A stretch of DNA of 24,061 nucleotides, from positions 1-24,061 of IMG/VR virus record IMGVR_UViG_3300037422_000223, one strand, 5' to 3'. This document shows, one piece after another, positions 1 to 8,208 of the stretch. The DNA comes from a virus. Taxonomy: Duplodnaviria > Caudoviricetes. Position numbers and translations under genes: made by a program. A model generated the notes under the pieces. The model was not told where the DNA came from and searched no databases. It saw only the letters and a list, made by a program, of their open reading frames with translations. Positions within the stretch are counted from its first letter, which is position 1. Every line of letters begins with the position of its first letter.

Positions 1-63
1 TGTCCGCGCGCATCACCGCGAAATCCGACAGGGGGGGGTAGGTGATAGGGGTGGGGTGGATTC
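1..63 (+). promoter_or_regulatory. Possible packaging (cos-proximal) region upstream of terS
   Basis: CCGCGAAAT followed by a G8 run directly upstream of a P27-type terS, where HK97/P27-like phages place cos. The cut site itself is not identifiable. Confidence 0.3.
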
Positions 64-645
64 ATGGGCCGACCGAGGATTCCGACCGAGATCAAGAAGG
101 CGATGGGCAACCCTGGCAAGAGGAAGATTGCGCGCCAGGAGCCCGACCCCGAGTACCTGGACGACCTGACGGCGCCGGCCTGGCTGCCCGATGGCGCGAA
201 GGTTGTGTGGAACGAGTACGCGCAGAAGATGCGCAACGCGAAGGTGCTCACGGTGATCGACGTGGAGGCCTTCGCCGTGTGGTGCTACAAGGTCGCGAAG
301 CATCGCGCCGCGATCGCGGACCTGGAGCGCCTGGGCATCATGGTCGACCGCGCGTCGAAGGACGGCGAGCTCGCGGTCGAGAAGTCCGAGAAGGCGAGGG
401 GCGCGCCCGCCCAGGTGGTGAACCAGCTTTTCTTCGCCGAGTCGATGCTCTTCAAGCAGGTCCTCGCGCTCGAGCGCGAGTTCGGCATGACGCCGGCGGC
501 GCGCACACGGGTCCAGGTGGATCCGCAACTGACCCTTTTCCCGAACGATGACGGCGAGCGCGCAGAGCACGGACAGCAGCCGAAGCAGCCGAAGCAGCAG
601 AGCAAAGGCTCGCCGTATTTCACCGGCGGCGCCGCGACGCACTAA
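64..645 (+). CDS. terS: Terminase small subunit, P27 family
   Basis: N-terminal GRPRIPT..K...GNPGKRK, PAWL motif and C-terminal EFGMTPAARTRV; lies directly before terL. Confidence 0.93.
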   Translation: MGRPRIPTEIKKAMGNPGKRKIARQEPDPEYLDDLTAPAWLPDGAKVVWNEYAQKMRNAKVLTVIDVEAFAVWCYKVAKHRAAIADLERLGIMVDRASKDGELAVEKSEKARGAPAQVVNQLFFAESMLFKQVLALEREFGMTPAARTRVQVDPQLTLFPNDDGERAEHGQQPKQPKQQSKGSPYFTGGAATH

Positions 646-2545
646 GCCAGGCGATCGCCGCGCGTCGAGCGTCACCAAGGCCGGCGAGCTCAGCGCGGCG
701 CGCCGAAGCAAGGTCGGCCAGCTGCGGGCCCAGAAGCGCATCGAACGGCGCCGGCGGACCTTCGAGCGGATCCGCGCCGCGAAGGATCCGGCCACGGAGT
801 ACGCCAGGGCGGTCGCGCGTGGAGCGGTGGTCGCCGGCCCGCAGGTGCGCGATGCTTGCCGCCGGCACCTGGCGGACCTGGAGCGCGGTGCGGCACGCGG
901 CCTGGTGTGGGATGTCGCGGCCGCGGCGCGCTATCTGAACTTCAAGCGCGATGTCCTGAAGCTGAACGGCGGCGAGTGGGAAGGCAAGCCTTTCGAGTCC
1001 ACCGCCTGGCAGTGTTTCGTGGGCGGCAGCCTGTTCGGCTGGAAGCGCACGATCAAGGCGCCATGGCTGGGTGGTGCGGAGACAACGGTGCGCCGCTTCA
1101 CCACCGGCTACATCGAGACCGGCAAGGGCTCGGGCAAGTCGCCCGAGGCCGCCGCGATCGGGCTGTATTGCCTCACCTCGGACAACGAGTGGCGCGCGGA
1201 GATCTATGCCGCGGCCACGAAGAAGGACCAGGCGATGGTCCTCTTTCGCGACGCGGTCGCGATGGTGGACCTCTCGCCCGAGCTCACGCACGTGATCAAG
1301 AAGTCGGGCGTGGGCGAGCGCACGTGGAACCTTGCGTACCTGGCCGGGCGGAGTTTCTTCCGGCCGATCAGCTCGGACGACGGGCAGTCGGGTCCGCGGC
1401 CGCACGTGTCGTTGCTCGATGAGATCCACGAGCACGCTGACAACAACGTCGTGGAGATGTTGAAAGCCGGCCAGAAAAACCGCCGGCAGCCGATGATGGT
1501 GATGATCACCAACAGCGGCGTGGACAAGAACTCGGTGTGCTGGGCGTACCACGATTACGCGGTGAAGATAGCCTCCGGCGCACTGCAGGACGACAGCTTC
1601 TTCGGTTTCGTGTGCGGCCTGGACAAGGGCGAGGATCCGTTCAAGTCCGAGGCCTGCTGGCCGAAGGCGAACCCAAGCCTGGAAGAGTTCGACATTCCGG
1701 GCCTGAAGTACCTGCGCGAGCAGGTGGCCGCCGCGCGCGGCATGCCCTCGAAGGCGAGCCTGGTGCGCCGGCTCAACTTCTGCGAGTGGGTGGAGTCCAC
1801 AAACCCGGCGATTCCGCGGCACGTGTGGGAAGGCGCGGAGGACACCGAGTTCGACCTCGAGCGCCTGCGTGGCCGGCGCTGCTGGGGAGGGCTGGACCTT
1901 TCCTCCACGACCGACCTCACGGCGGCCGCGTACATGTTCGAGCCGGTGGCGGACGATCCGCACTGGCGGTTGCTCGTGCGGCTGTGGATCCCGGGCGACG
2001 AGCTCGCGGCCAAGGAAGACCGCGACAAGGTGCCCTACATCGCCTGGCGCGAGGCGGGGCACATCATCGCGTTGCCGGGGCGCGCGATCGACAAGCTCGC
2101 CGTCGCCAGGCAGTGCGCGGCCGATGCCGAGGCGTTCGACCTGCAGCAGCTCGGCTACGACCGCTGGCGGATCGAGGACTTCAAGCGGATCCTCGACGAC
2201 GAAGGCATCGACCTGCCGCTGGTGCCGTTCGGCCAGGGCTTCCAGTCGATGACGCCGGCGGTGGAGGCTTTCGAGACGGCGCTGGTCGGCGTGCCGGCGA
2301 AGGACGATACGGGCAACGTGAAGCACGCGCGTTTAAACAAGCCGCTGCGGCATCCGGGCAATCCCTGCCTCACCTGGTGCGCGGCGAACGCGGTGTACGC
2401 GAGCGATTCCGCGGGCTGCAGGAAGCCCGACAAGAAGAAGGCGACGGGCCGCATCGACGGCATCGTCGCCGCGATCATGGCCTCCGGGCTCGCCAGCCGC
2501 GGAGAGACAACGAGCACCAGCTATCCGGGAGTTCTGACGGTATGA
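548..2545 (+). CDS. terL: Terminase large subunit (start codon uncertain)
   Basis: Walker A ETGKGSGKS, Walker B LLDEIHEH, ITNSG coupling motif, nuclease motifs GGLDLSSTTDLTA, GYDRW and RIDGIVAAIMA. Confidence 0.96.
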   Translation: MTASAQSTDSSRSSRSSRAKARRISPAAPRRTKPGDRRASSVTKAGELSAARRSKVGQLRAQKRIERRRRTFERIRAAKDPATEYARAVARGAVVAGPQVRDACRRHLADLERGAARGLVWDVAAAARYLNFKRDVLKLNGGEWEGKPFESTAWQCFVGGSLFGWKRTIKAPWLGGAETTVRRFTTGYIETGKGSGKSPEAAAIGLYCLTSDNEWRAEIYAAATKKDQAMVLFRDAVAMVDLSPELTHVIKKSGVGERTWNLAYLAGRSFFRPISSDDGQSGPRPHVSLLDEIHEHADNNVVEMLKAGQKNRRQPMMVMITNSGVDKNSVCWAYHDYAVKIASGALQDDSFFGFVCGLDKGEDPFKSEACWPKANPSLEEFDIPGLKYLREQVAAARGMPSKASLVRRLNFCEWVESTNPAIPRHVWEGAEDTEFDLERLRGRRCWGGLDLSSTTDLTAAAYMFEPVADDPHWRLLVRLWIPGDELAAKEDRDKVPYIAWREAGHIIALPGRAIDKLAVARQCAADAEAFDLQQLGYDRWRIEDFKRILDDEGIDLPLVPFGQGFQSMTPAVEAFETALVGVPAKDDTGNVKHARLNKPLRHPGNPCLTWCAANAVYASDSAGCRKPDKKKATGRIDGIVAAIMASGLASRGETTSTSYPGVLTV

Positions 2546-2706
2546 ACCACGTGGTCTACAACGTCTCGGTGGGTGCGGGGCTCATCTGCACGGGCTCTGG
2601 CATCGGCCTGCAGTTCGGGGTGGGCTACGGCCTGGCTGCGTTTGGCCTCTTGCTCATCGGCCTCACGACCTTCGGCGCACGCCTGGCCGCACGCCGCGAG
2701 GGCTGA
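2542..2706 (+). CDS. Small hydrophobic membrane protein, 54 aa (MNHVVYNVSVGAGLICTGSGIGLQFGVGYGLAAFGLLLIGLTTFGARLAARREG)
   Basis: ATGA overlap with the terL stop and TGATG overlap with the portal start; two hydrophobic segments and a basic tail. Confidence 0.75.
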   Translation: MNHVVYNVSVGAGLICTGSGIGLQFGVGYGLAAFGLLLIGLTTFGARLAARREG

Positions 2707-4577
2707 TGTTCCTCGCCCAGGACATCGCCGCGAGCGGTCGCGGCCCGACCGACGACTTCTGGTACCTGCCGGTGCGCTACGGCGCGGGCGGCACGCGCCC
2801 GAGCGTCGCCGCGGCGCTCGCGGTGCCGGCGATGTACGCCTGCGCCCTGGTGCTCGGCCAGGACATCGGCAAGCTGCCGTGCCAGTTGTTCCGCAAGGAT
2901 GGGCGCTCGCGCGCGGCGGCCACGGATCACCCGCTCTATCGGCTGATCCACCGCCGGCCGAACCGCTGGCAGACCGCCTTCCAGTGGCGGCAGATGATGC
3001 AGTGGCACCTGATGCTGCGCTACAACGCCTACTCGCGCATCTACTACGACCGGCGCGGGCGCGTGGAGGAGCTGGTGCCGCTCCACCCGGATCGCGTGAC
3101 GGTGGAGCGCGGGATGGGCGCGGACGGCGTTGTCACCTTCCGCTACCGCTACCGCCCGGAGTCGGGCAGCGAGATCATCCTCGTGCGTGGAGAAATGTTC
3201 CACGTGCGCGGCTTGAGCTCGGACGGCATCGAAGGCTTCTCGCCGCTCGACTACCAGGGCGGCTCGGTGAGCGAGGCGCTCGCCGCGCAGAACTACTCGC
3301 GCCGCAACATGGAAAACGACGCGCGCCCCGGCGGCGTGCTGGAGTGGGAAGGCCACTTCAAGTCGGACGAAGAGCGCGCCGCATTCCGCGCGAGCTGGCA
3401 TGCCGCCCAGGGCGGCGCCAACGTGGGCAAGACGGCGGTACTCGAGCGCGGCATGCAGTTTAAGGAAATCAAGGTCTCCAACGCGGACCTGCAGCTCGTC
3501 GACCAGAGAAAGCTCAAGGGCTACGACATCGCGGCCATCAACCGCATGCCGCCGCACAAGATCGGCCTCATGGAGCGGGCGACCTTCAGCAACATCGAGC
3601 ACCAGTCGATCGAGTACGCGACCGACACCATGCAGCCCTGGTGCACGAACTGGGAGCAGGAGCTCTCGGCGCAACTGCTCACCGAAAAGGAACAGGAAGA
3701 CGAGCAGCTCTACTTCGAGTTCAACATGAACGCCCTGCTGCGCGGCGACGCCAAGGCGCGCGGCGAGCTGTACGGCAAGCTCTTCAGCGTGGGCGCGATG
3801 TCGCCGAACGACATCCGCGAGCGCGAGAACGAGAACCCGATCGACGACGGCGACCGCTACTACGTGCCCGTCAACATGGTCCCCTCCGACCGCGTGGACG
3901 ACGTGGTGGACAAGGGCGGCAACAAGAGCGCCGCGCCGGGCAGCGGCGGCGAGGACAAGAGCAACGCCCGCGCGCGCGCTCTCGAGCAGGCCGCCGCCGC
4001 GCGCGTCGTGCGCAAGGAAGCAGCGGCACTGCGCAAGATTGCGCCAGGCGATGGCTATCTCAAGCGCGTGGAAGAGTTCTACCGTGACCACATCAGCTTC
4101 GTGGAAGACGTGATGCAGGTCGATGCCGCCACCGCCATGGCGTACTGCGCGATGCGCGCCGATACCATCGCGGCGGCCGCCGATGGAAGAATGGATCAGG
4201 ACACTTTCTGGCGTGAATTCGATGCGCGCGGTCCTGCCGAGCTGCTCGCGTGCATTGGCGACGAACAGGGCGCCATTGCGCGCGACCCCGGCGAACTGAT
4301 CGCCGGTGGACTACGCGAGCTGGCGGCGGCGGTTGCCGGGCGGCCGGCGTCGGTGGTCAACGTGGCCCCGGCCAAGGTGAAAGTGGAACCCGCGGTAGTG
4401 AACGTCACCGTGCCGGAGCGCTCGGTGACCGTGCAGGTGCCCACCGTGAAGGTGGACAACCACGTCGACGTGCCGCCCGCGCAGGTGGTCGTGCAGCAGC
4501 CGGCTGAGACCGTCGAGAAAATCGAGCGTGATGCCGACAAGGAAATCGTCAGCATCACCAGAACCGTGAGGCACTGA
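2706..4577 (+). CDS. Portal protein, HK97 family, with long C-terminal extension
   Basis: HPLYRLIHRRPNRWQT, PLHPDRV, FHVRGLSSDGIEGFSP, PPHKIG, ATFSNIEHQS, LLRGD, MSPNDIRERENENP; follows terL. Confidence 0.96.
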   Translation: MFLAQDIAASGRGPTDDFWYLPVRYGAGGTRPSVAAALAVPAMYACALVLGQDIGKLPCQLFRKDGRSRAAATDHPLYRLIHRRPNRWQTAFQWRQMMQWHLMLRYNAYSRIYYDRRGRVEELVPLHPDRVTVERGMGADGVVTFRYRYRPESGSEIILVRGEMFHVRGLSSDGIEGFSPLDYQGGSVSEALAAQNYSRRNMENDARPGGVLEWEGHFKSDEERAAFRASWHAAQGGANVGKTAVLERGMQFKEIKVSNADLQLVDQRKLKGYDIAAINRMPPHKIGLMERATFSNIEHQSIEYATDTMQPWCTNWEQELSAQLLTEKEQEDEQLYFEFNMNALLRGDAKARGELYGKLFSVGAMSPNDIRERENENPIDDGDRYYVPVNMVPSDRVDDVVDKGGNKSAAPGSGGEDKSNARARALEQAAAARVVRKEAAALRKIAPGDGYLKRVEEFYRDHISFVEDVMQVDAATAMAYCAMRADTIAAAADGRMDQDTFWREFDARGPAELLACIGDEQGAIARDPGELIAGGLRELAAAVAGRPASVVNVAPAKVKVEPAVVNVTVPERSVTVQVPTVKVDNHVDVPPAQVVVQQPAETVEKIERDADKEIVSITRTVRH

Positions 4578-4580
4578 GCC

Positions 4581-4757
4581 ATGGCCGCCCCGAAACTTCC
4601 GCTCGACGCAAAAGCGCTCGACGCGATGTCCGTCGCCGAACTCGAAGCCCTGCAGCAGGACCTTGGGGGGCTGATCGAAGGCGTGCGCCACGAACGCCAC
4701 AAAGTGGTTGTTGCGCTTGAACTGAAGCGTGCCGTTGCCAAGAAGAAAGGGGCGTAA
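4581..4757 (+). CDS. Hypothetical 58-aa helical protein (MAAPKLPLDAKALDAMSVAELEALQQDLGGLIEGVRHERHKVVVALELKRAVAKKKGA)
   Basis: Fills the gap between the portal stop and the next gene with identical 3-nt GCC spacers on both sides; coiled-coil-like pattern. Not in the supplied ORF track. Confidence 0.75.
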   Translation: MAAPKLPLDAKALDAMSVAELEALQQDLGGLIEGVRHERHKVVVALELKRAVAKKKGA

Positions 4758-4760
4758 GCC

Positions 4761-5165
4761 ATGGCAAACGTCCTCTACGACAAAGGCCGCGAAGGCTTTC
4801 TCGATGGCTCGATCGACTGGGACACCGACGACATTCGCGTGTGCCTGGTCAAGAGCAGCTATACCTTCAGCGCCGCCCATGACTTCATGGACGACATCGG
4901 CACCGACGACAACGGCCGCAGCGCGGCGCTTGGGTCGAAGACCGTCACCAGCGGCGTGGCGGATGCCGCGGACACCTCGCTCGTGGCGACCTCCGCGGTC
5001 GCCTGCGAAGCGCTCGTGATCTTCAAGCACACGGGCTCGGACGCGACCGCGCGCCTGATCGCGTACATCGACACCCCCAGCGCAGGCCTGCCCTTCACGC
5101 CGGCGGCCAGCCAGACGGTGAACATCACCTGGGACAACGGCGCGAACAAGATCTTCAAGTTGTAG
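4761..5165 (+). CDS. Small beta-rich virion structural protein (resembles phage minor tail/fibre-adaptor proteins)
   Basis: MANVLYDKGREGFL..IDW..DDIRVCLV, LIAYID...GLPFTP and ITWDNGANKIFKL resemble a widespread phage structural family as I recall it; tight operon spacing. Confidence 0.7.
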   Translation: MANVLYDKGREGFLDGSIDWDTDDIRVCLVKSSYTFSAAHDFMDDIGTDDNGRSAALGSKTVTSGVADAADTSLVATSAVACEALVIFKHTGSDATARLIAYIDTPSAGLPFTPAASQTVNITWDNGANKIFKL

Positions 5166-5167
5166 CG

Positions 5168-6322
5168 GTGAGCATGTTGATCCGCAAGCCGCGCGGCGAA
5201 ACGCTGCGGCCGGTGCATTCGGACCGGCTGGAGCGCTGGCTGGGCGCGGAGAAAGTCGCCCACATCAGCCGAAGCATGCGCGGCTGGTACGGGCCGCCGA
5301 TCCACCTGATCGACGTGCCGGGTTCGGTGCGGGTGTGCGGCGACGGCGATTTCATCGGCCCGTTCGAGCGGGGCTACGCGGCGAGCGCGATGGATGCGCT
5401 GCGAGAGCACCTGCAGCGCCTGTGGCGCGCGGGCGGGCGCGTGCAGCACGGCTACGCCGGCGTGGGGTTCGCGAGCATCAGCGATGCGCTGCTGCGGGCG
5501 TCCTCCGGCTACAGCCAGAAGCCGGGCGGTGCGTTCAACAAGGTCGGGCCGACCGGCGTGGTTGGCGTTACCTCGAGCCTGCACAAGCTGGGGCCGCAGC
5601 CGGCGGCGGGCGTGGCGGCCGCGGCTGCGCCGGGCGGCACGGCGTATGTGGATTCCGACACCGGCGGGATGGTGTTCACGAATCCGGCGAGCGGCACACT
5701 GCACCTGGTCGGGGCCGATGTATCGGCCTCGGTCATCAACAACACGCTGCTGCTGTATGACCGGATTTTCGGCGTGGCGAAGACGATGGCCTCGACTGCC
5801 ACGGAGGCCGTGACCGGCGTGCCGACGCGCTACCAGTCCACCACCGCGACGGCGGCGGACTACATCGGGGGCAATTTCGGCTTCGTCGAAGTGGGCCTCA
5901 CGGCGCTCGCGGCGACGGCGCACAACTGGACCACGTGCCTCTACACGGACCAGGCGAACGCCTCGAGCACGCTGCCGTCGCTGACCGGGAACTCGGGCGC
6001 GATCATTCACCGGCTCGATCATCCGGTGCAGCAGTGGTTCGCGCCGCTCGCCTCTGGAGACGTTGGCATCAAGGCGTGGACGCAGATGCAGTGCTCGGCG
6101 TCGGTGGCGACGGGGCTGATCAATTTCGTGATCGGGCATCCGCTGGGGTTCATGTCGTTCCCGGTCATCAACTCGGTGCTGCCGTTCGACTGGCTCACCA
6201 ACCGCGACCAGGCGCCGCGCATTTTCGACGACGCCTACCTCGCGTTCTTGGAGATCAACAAGCCGGCGACGGGAGCCACGACCTACACGGGGCAGATCCA
6301 CGCCACAGGCGCGGCGGCGTAA
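5168..6322 (+). CDS. Putative virion structural/receptor-binding protein, 384 aa (start 5168 GTG or 5174 ATG)
   Basis: Long ORF in operon; T/G/A/S-rich, beta-like C-terminal ~285 aa; no enzyme motif recognised. Confidence 0.6.
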   Translation: MSMLIRKPRGETLRPVHSDRLERWLGAEKVAHISRSMRGWYGPPIHLIDVPGSVRVCGDGDFIGPFERGYAASAMDALREHLQRLWRAGGRVQHGYAGVGFASISDALLRASSGYSQKPGGAFNKVGPTGVVGVTSSLHKLGPQPAAGVAAAAAPGGTAYVDSDTGGMVFTNPASGTLHLVGADVSASVINNTLLLYDRIFGVAKTMASTATEAVTGVPTRYQSTTATAADYIGGNFGFVEVGLTALAATAHNWTTCLYTDQANASSTLPSLTGNSGAIIHRLDHPVQQWFAPLASGDVGIKAWTQMQCSASVATGLINFVIGHPLGFMSFPVINSVLPFDWLTNRDQAPRIFDDAYLAFLEINKPATGATTYTGQIHATGAAA

Positions 6323-6325
6323 GCA

Positions 6326-7039
6326 ATGAGCGACCAAAGGCGATTGGGCTGGAAATCAGGCGGCCTGATTTCCAGCCCAATCGCCGACTTCTGGCAGATC
6401 CGGACCGATGCCCAGGACCCGTCGATCCCGAACCTGCCGCTGGAGACGCCTGCCGCAGGCGGTGACGCGAGCATTACCGGCGCGGGCGGCATTGCCACCG
6501 CTGAAGCAATCGGCCAGCCTGCAGTCGCGGCAACGGTCGCGGCGGCCGGCGTGGCGAGCGCTGAAGCGCTTGGCGCACCGGACATCATCGCCGTGGTCGC
6601 GGCGGCGGGTATTGCCAGTGCGGAGGCGCTTGGCCAGGCCGCGGTTGCGGTCACGATCGGCGCCGTTGGGATCGACAGTGCGGAAGCGTTCGGCCAGCCG
6701 ATCGTCGGGATCGCGGCGCAGGAAGTCGTCGACGCCGGCGGGATTGCCAGCGCAGAAGCGCTGGGCCAGCCCGCGATCGGGGCGCAGGTCGATGCGGCCG
6801 GGGTTGCTGGGGCCGAGGCCTTCGGTGCGCCGGCGGTGTCGGTGCCGGAAGAAGCAACCGGGCTGGGCGGCGGCTATGCGTATGCGCCGCCCATCAATCG
6901 CCTGCGGCGGCTGCACATCGTCGGCGCGGGCGGGATCGAGAGCGAAGAAGCATTTGGGCATCCGGTCATCGTGCCGGTGCCGACAGGCAGGCCGCGCCGC
7001 CAGCGCGACGAAGAGTACCTGCTGCGCAGAGCAGCGTGA
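6326..7039 (+). CDS. Repeat-containing fibre-like protein, 237 aa
   Basis: Seven copies of a G(I/V)xxxEA(L/F/I)GxxxI/V motif and a charged C-terminus RPRRQRDEEYLLRRAA. Confidence 0.7.
   Translation: MSDQRRLGWKSGGLISSPIADFWQIRTDAQDPSIPNLPLETPAAGGDASITGAGGIATAEAIGQPAVAATVAAAGVASAEALGAPDIIAVVAAAGIASAEALGQAAVAVTIGAVGIDSAEAFGQPIVGIAAQEVVDAGGIASAEALGQPAIGAQVDAAGVAGAEAFGAPAVSVPEEATGLGGGYAYAPPINRLRRLHIVGAGGIESEEAFGHPVIVPVPTGRPRRQRDEEYLLRRAA
6473..6972 (+). repeat. Degenerate coding repeat of ~60 nt (20 aa), six tandem copies plus one separated copy
   Basis: GIATAEAIGQPAV, GVASAEALGAPDI, GIASAEALGQAAV, GIDSAEAFGQPIV, GIASAEALGQPAI, GVAGAEAFGAPAV, GIESEEAFGHPVI. Confidence 0.9.
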
Positions 7040-7064
7040 TCGACGCATCCACAAGGAGCAGCAC

Positions 7065-8048
7065 ATGAACGGCCGTCTCGTCCGACTGATGACCGAGTTC
7101 TACCGCACGCCCTGGGCGCTGATGCCCGAGACGCTGGCGATGCTGAAGGCCGTGCTCCACCGCGCGGCATCGGGCGTGAAGCTCTCGGCCGAGGAAATCC
7201 GCTCGGCGGTGGCCTACGACCACGTGGACCACGCCGTTGATGCGGCCGATGCCGCGCGCCGCACCGAGGCGGTACGCGCCGCCGGCAGCAACCTGATCGC
7301 GGTGCTTCCCGTGTCCGGGGTCATCGGCCACCGGGCGCACCTGGTGGAGGACAGCTCCTCGGGCGTGGGCACCTCCACCGAGATCCTCGGGCGCATGTTC
7401 CGGCAGATGGTGGCCGACCCGAACGTGGGCGCGATCGTGTTCGACCACGACTCGCCCGGGGGCAGCGTGTTCGGCGTGGGCGAGCTTGCCGACGACATCC
7501 TCGCCGCGCGCGGATCGAAGCCGATCACCGCGGTGGTGAACTCGCTCTCGGCGAGCGCCAGCTACTGGCTTGCCAGCCAGGCCGACGAAGTCGTCATCAC
7601 CCCCGGCGGCATGGCCGGAAGCATCGGCGTGTGGAGCGCGCACGAAGACTGGTCCGCGTACCTGGACAAGAAAGGCGTCAAGACCACATTGATCAGCGCG
7701 GGAAAGTACAAGGTCGAGGGCAACCCCTACGGGCCGCTCTCCGAAGAAGCGCTCGCCGCCGAGCAGGCCACCGTGGACAGCTACTACGCCATGTTCATCG
7801 ACGCGGTGGCGCGCGGGCGCGGCGACAAGGCGAGCGCGGTGCGCAAGGGCTACGGCGAGGGGCGCGTGCTGCTCGCCGCCGACGCGGTGAAGGCGAACCT
7901 CGCCAACCGCGTGGCGACCATGGACCAGGTGATCGCCGGGCTGCAGAAAAAGCTCGGCGCCGGGCCCGCCCCGCAGCGCGCAGCCGAAGGCGGCACGCCC
8001 GCCCGCAGCGCGGCGGCGCGCGCATTGAGACTGGCCGAACTGGGCTAG
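7065..8048 (+). CDS. Prohead maturation protease, S49 (SppA/lambda gpC-like) family
   Basis: DSPGGS, SASYWLAS, GSIGV, ISAGKYKVEGNPY motifs; AAGGAG RBS before ATG 7065; directly precedes the capsid gene. Confidence 0.93.
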   Translation: MNGRLVRLMTEFYRTPWALMPETLAMLKAVLHRAASGVKLSAEEIRSAVAYDHVDHAVDAADAARRTEAVRAAGSNLIAVLPVSGVIGHRAHLVEDSSSGVGTSTEILGRMFRQMVADPNVGAIVFDHDSPGGSVFGVGELADDILAARGSKPITAVVNSLSASASYWLASQADEVVITPGGMAGSIGVWSAHEDWSAYLDKKGVKTTLISAGKYKVEGNPYGPLSEEALAAEQATVDSYYAMFIDAVARGRGDKASAVRKGYGEGRVLLAADAVKANLANRVATMDQVIAGLQKKLGAGPAPQRAAEGGTPARSAAARALRLAELG

Positions 8049-8068
8049 GCAACACCGAAACGAATCGA

Positions 8069-8156
8069 GGAGCGCTGGCAGGCGCTTCGCATCGCGGCGT
8101 TCCGACGAACGGCGCGGGGAGTCACCGGAGGGAACCGACGTTCCGTATCGGACTCC
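8069..8156 (+). promoter_or_regulatory. Structured leader of the capsid gene (three consecutive hairpins)
   Basis: Stems GGAGCGC/GCGCTTC (8069-8088), CGCGGCGTTC-CGAC-GAACGGCGCG (8093-8116) and GGAGTC...GGAAC-CGAC-GTTCC...GACTCC (8118-8156). Confidence 0.55.
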
Positions 8157-8208
8157 ATTCCTGCCCGCAGGTGATCGAACTTTCCTTCAACCATCAGGAG
8201 TGTCAAAA

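Noticed and set aside
6408-7064. 219-aa N-terminal extension of the S49 protease given by the ORF track
   Set aside because: It overlaps the repeat-protein gene in another frame and reads as Arg/Ser-rich noise; a strong RBS supports ATG 7065.
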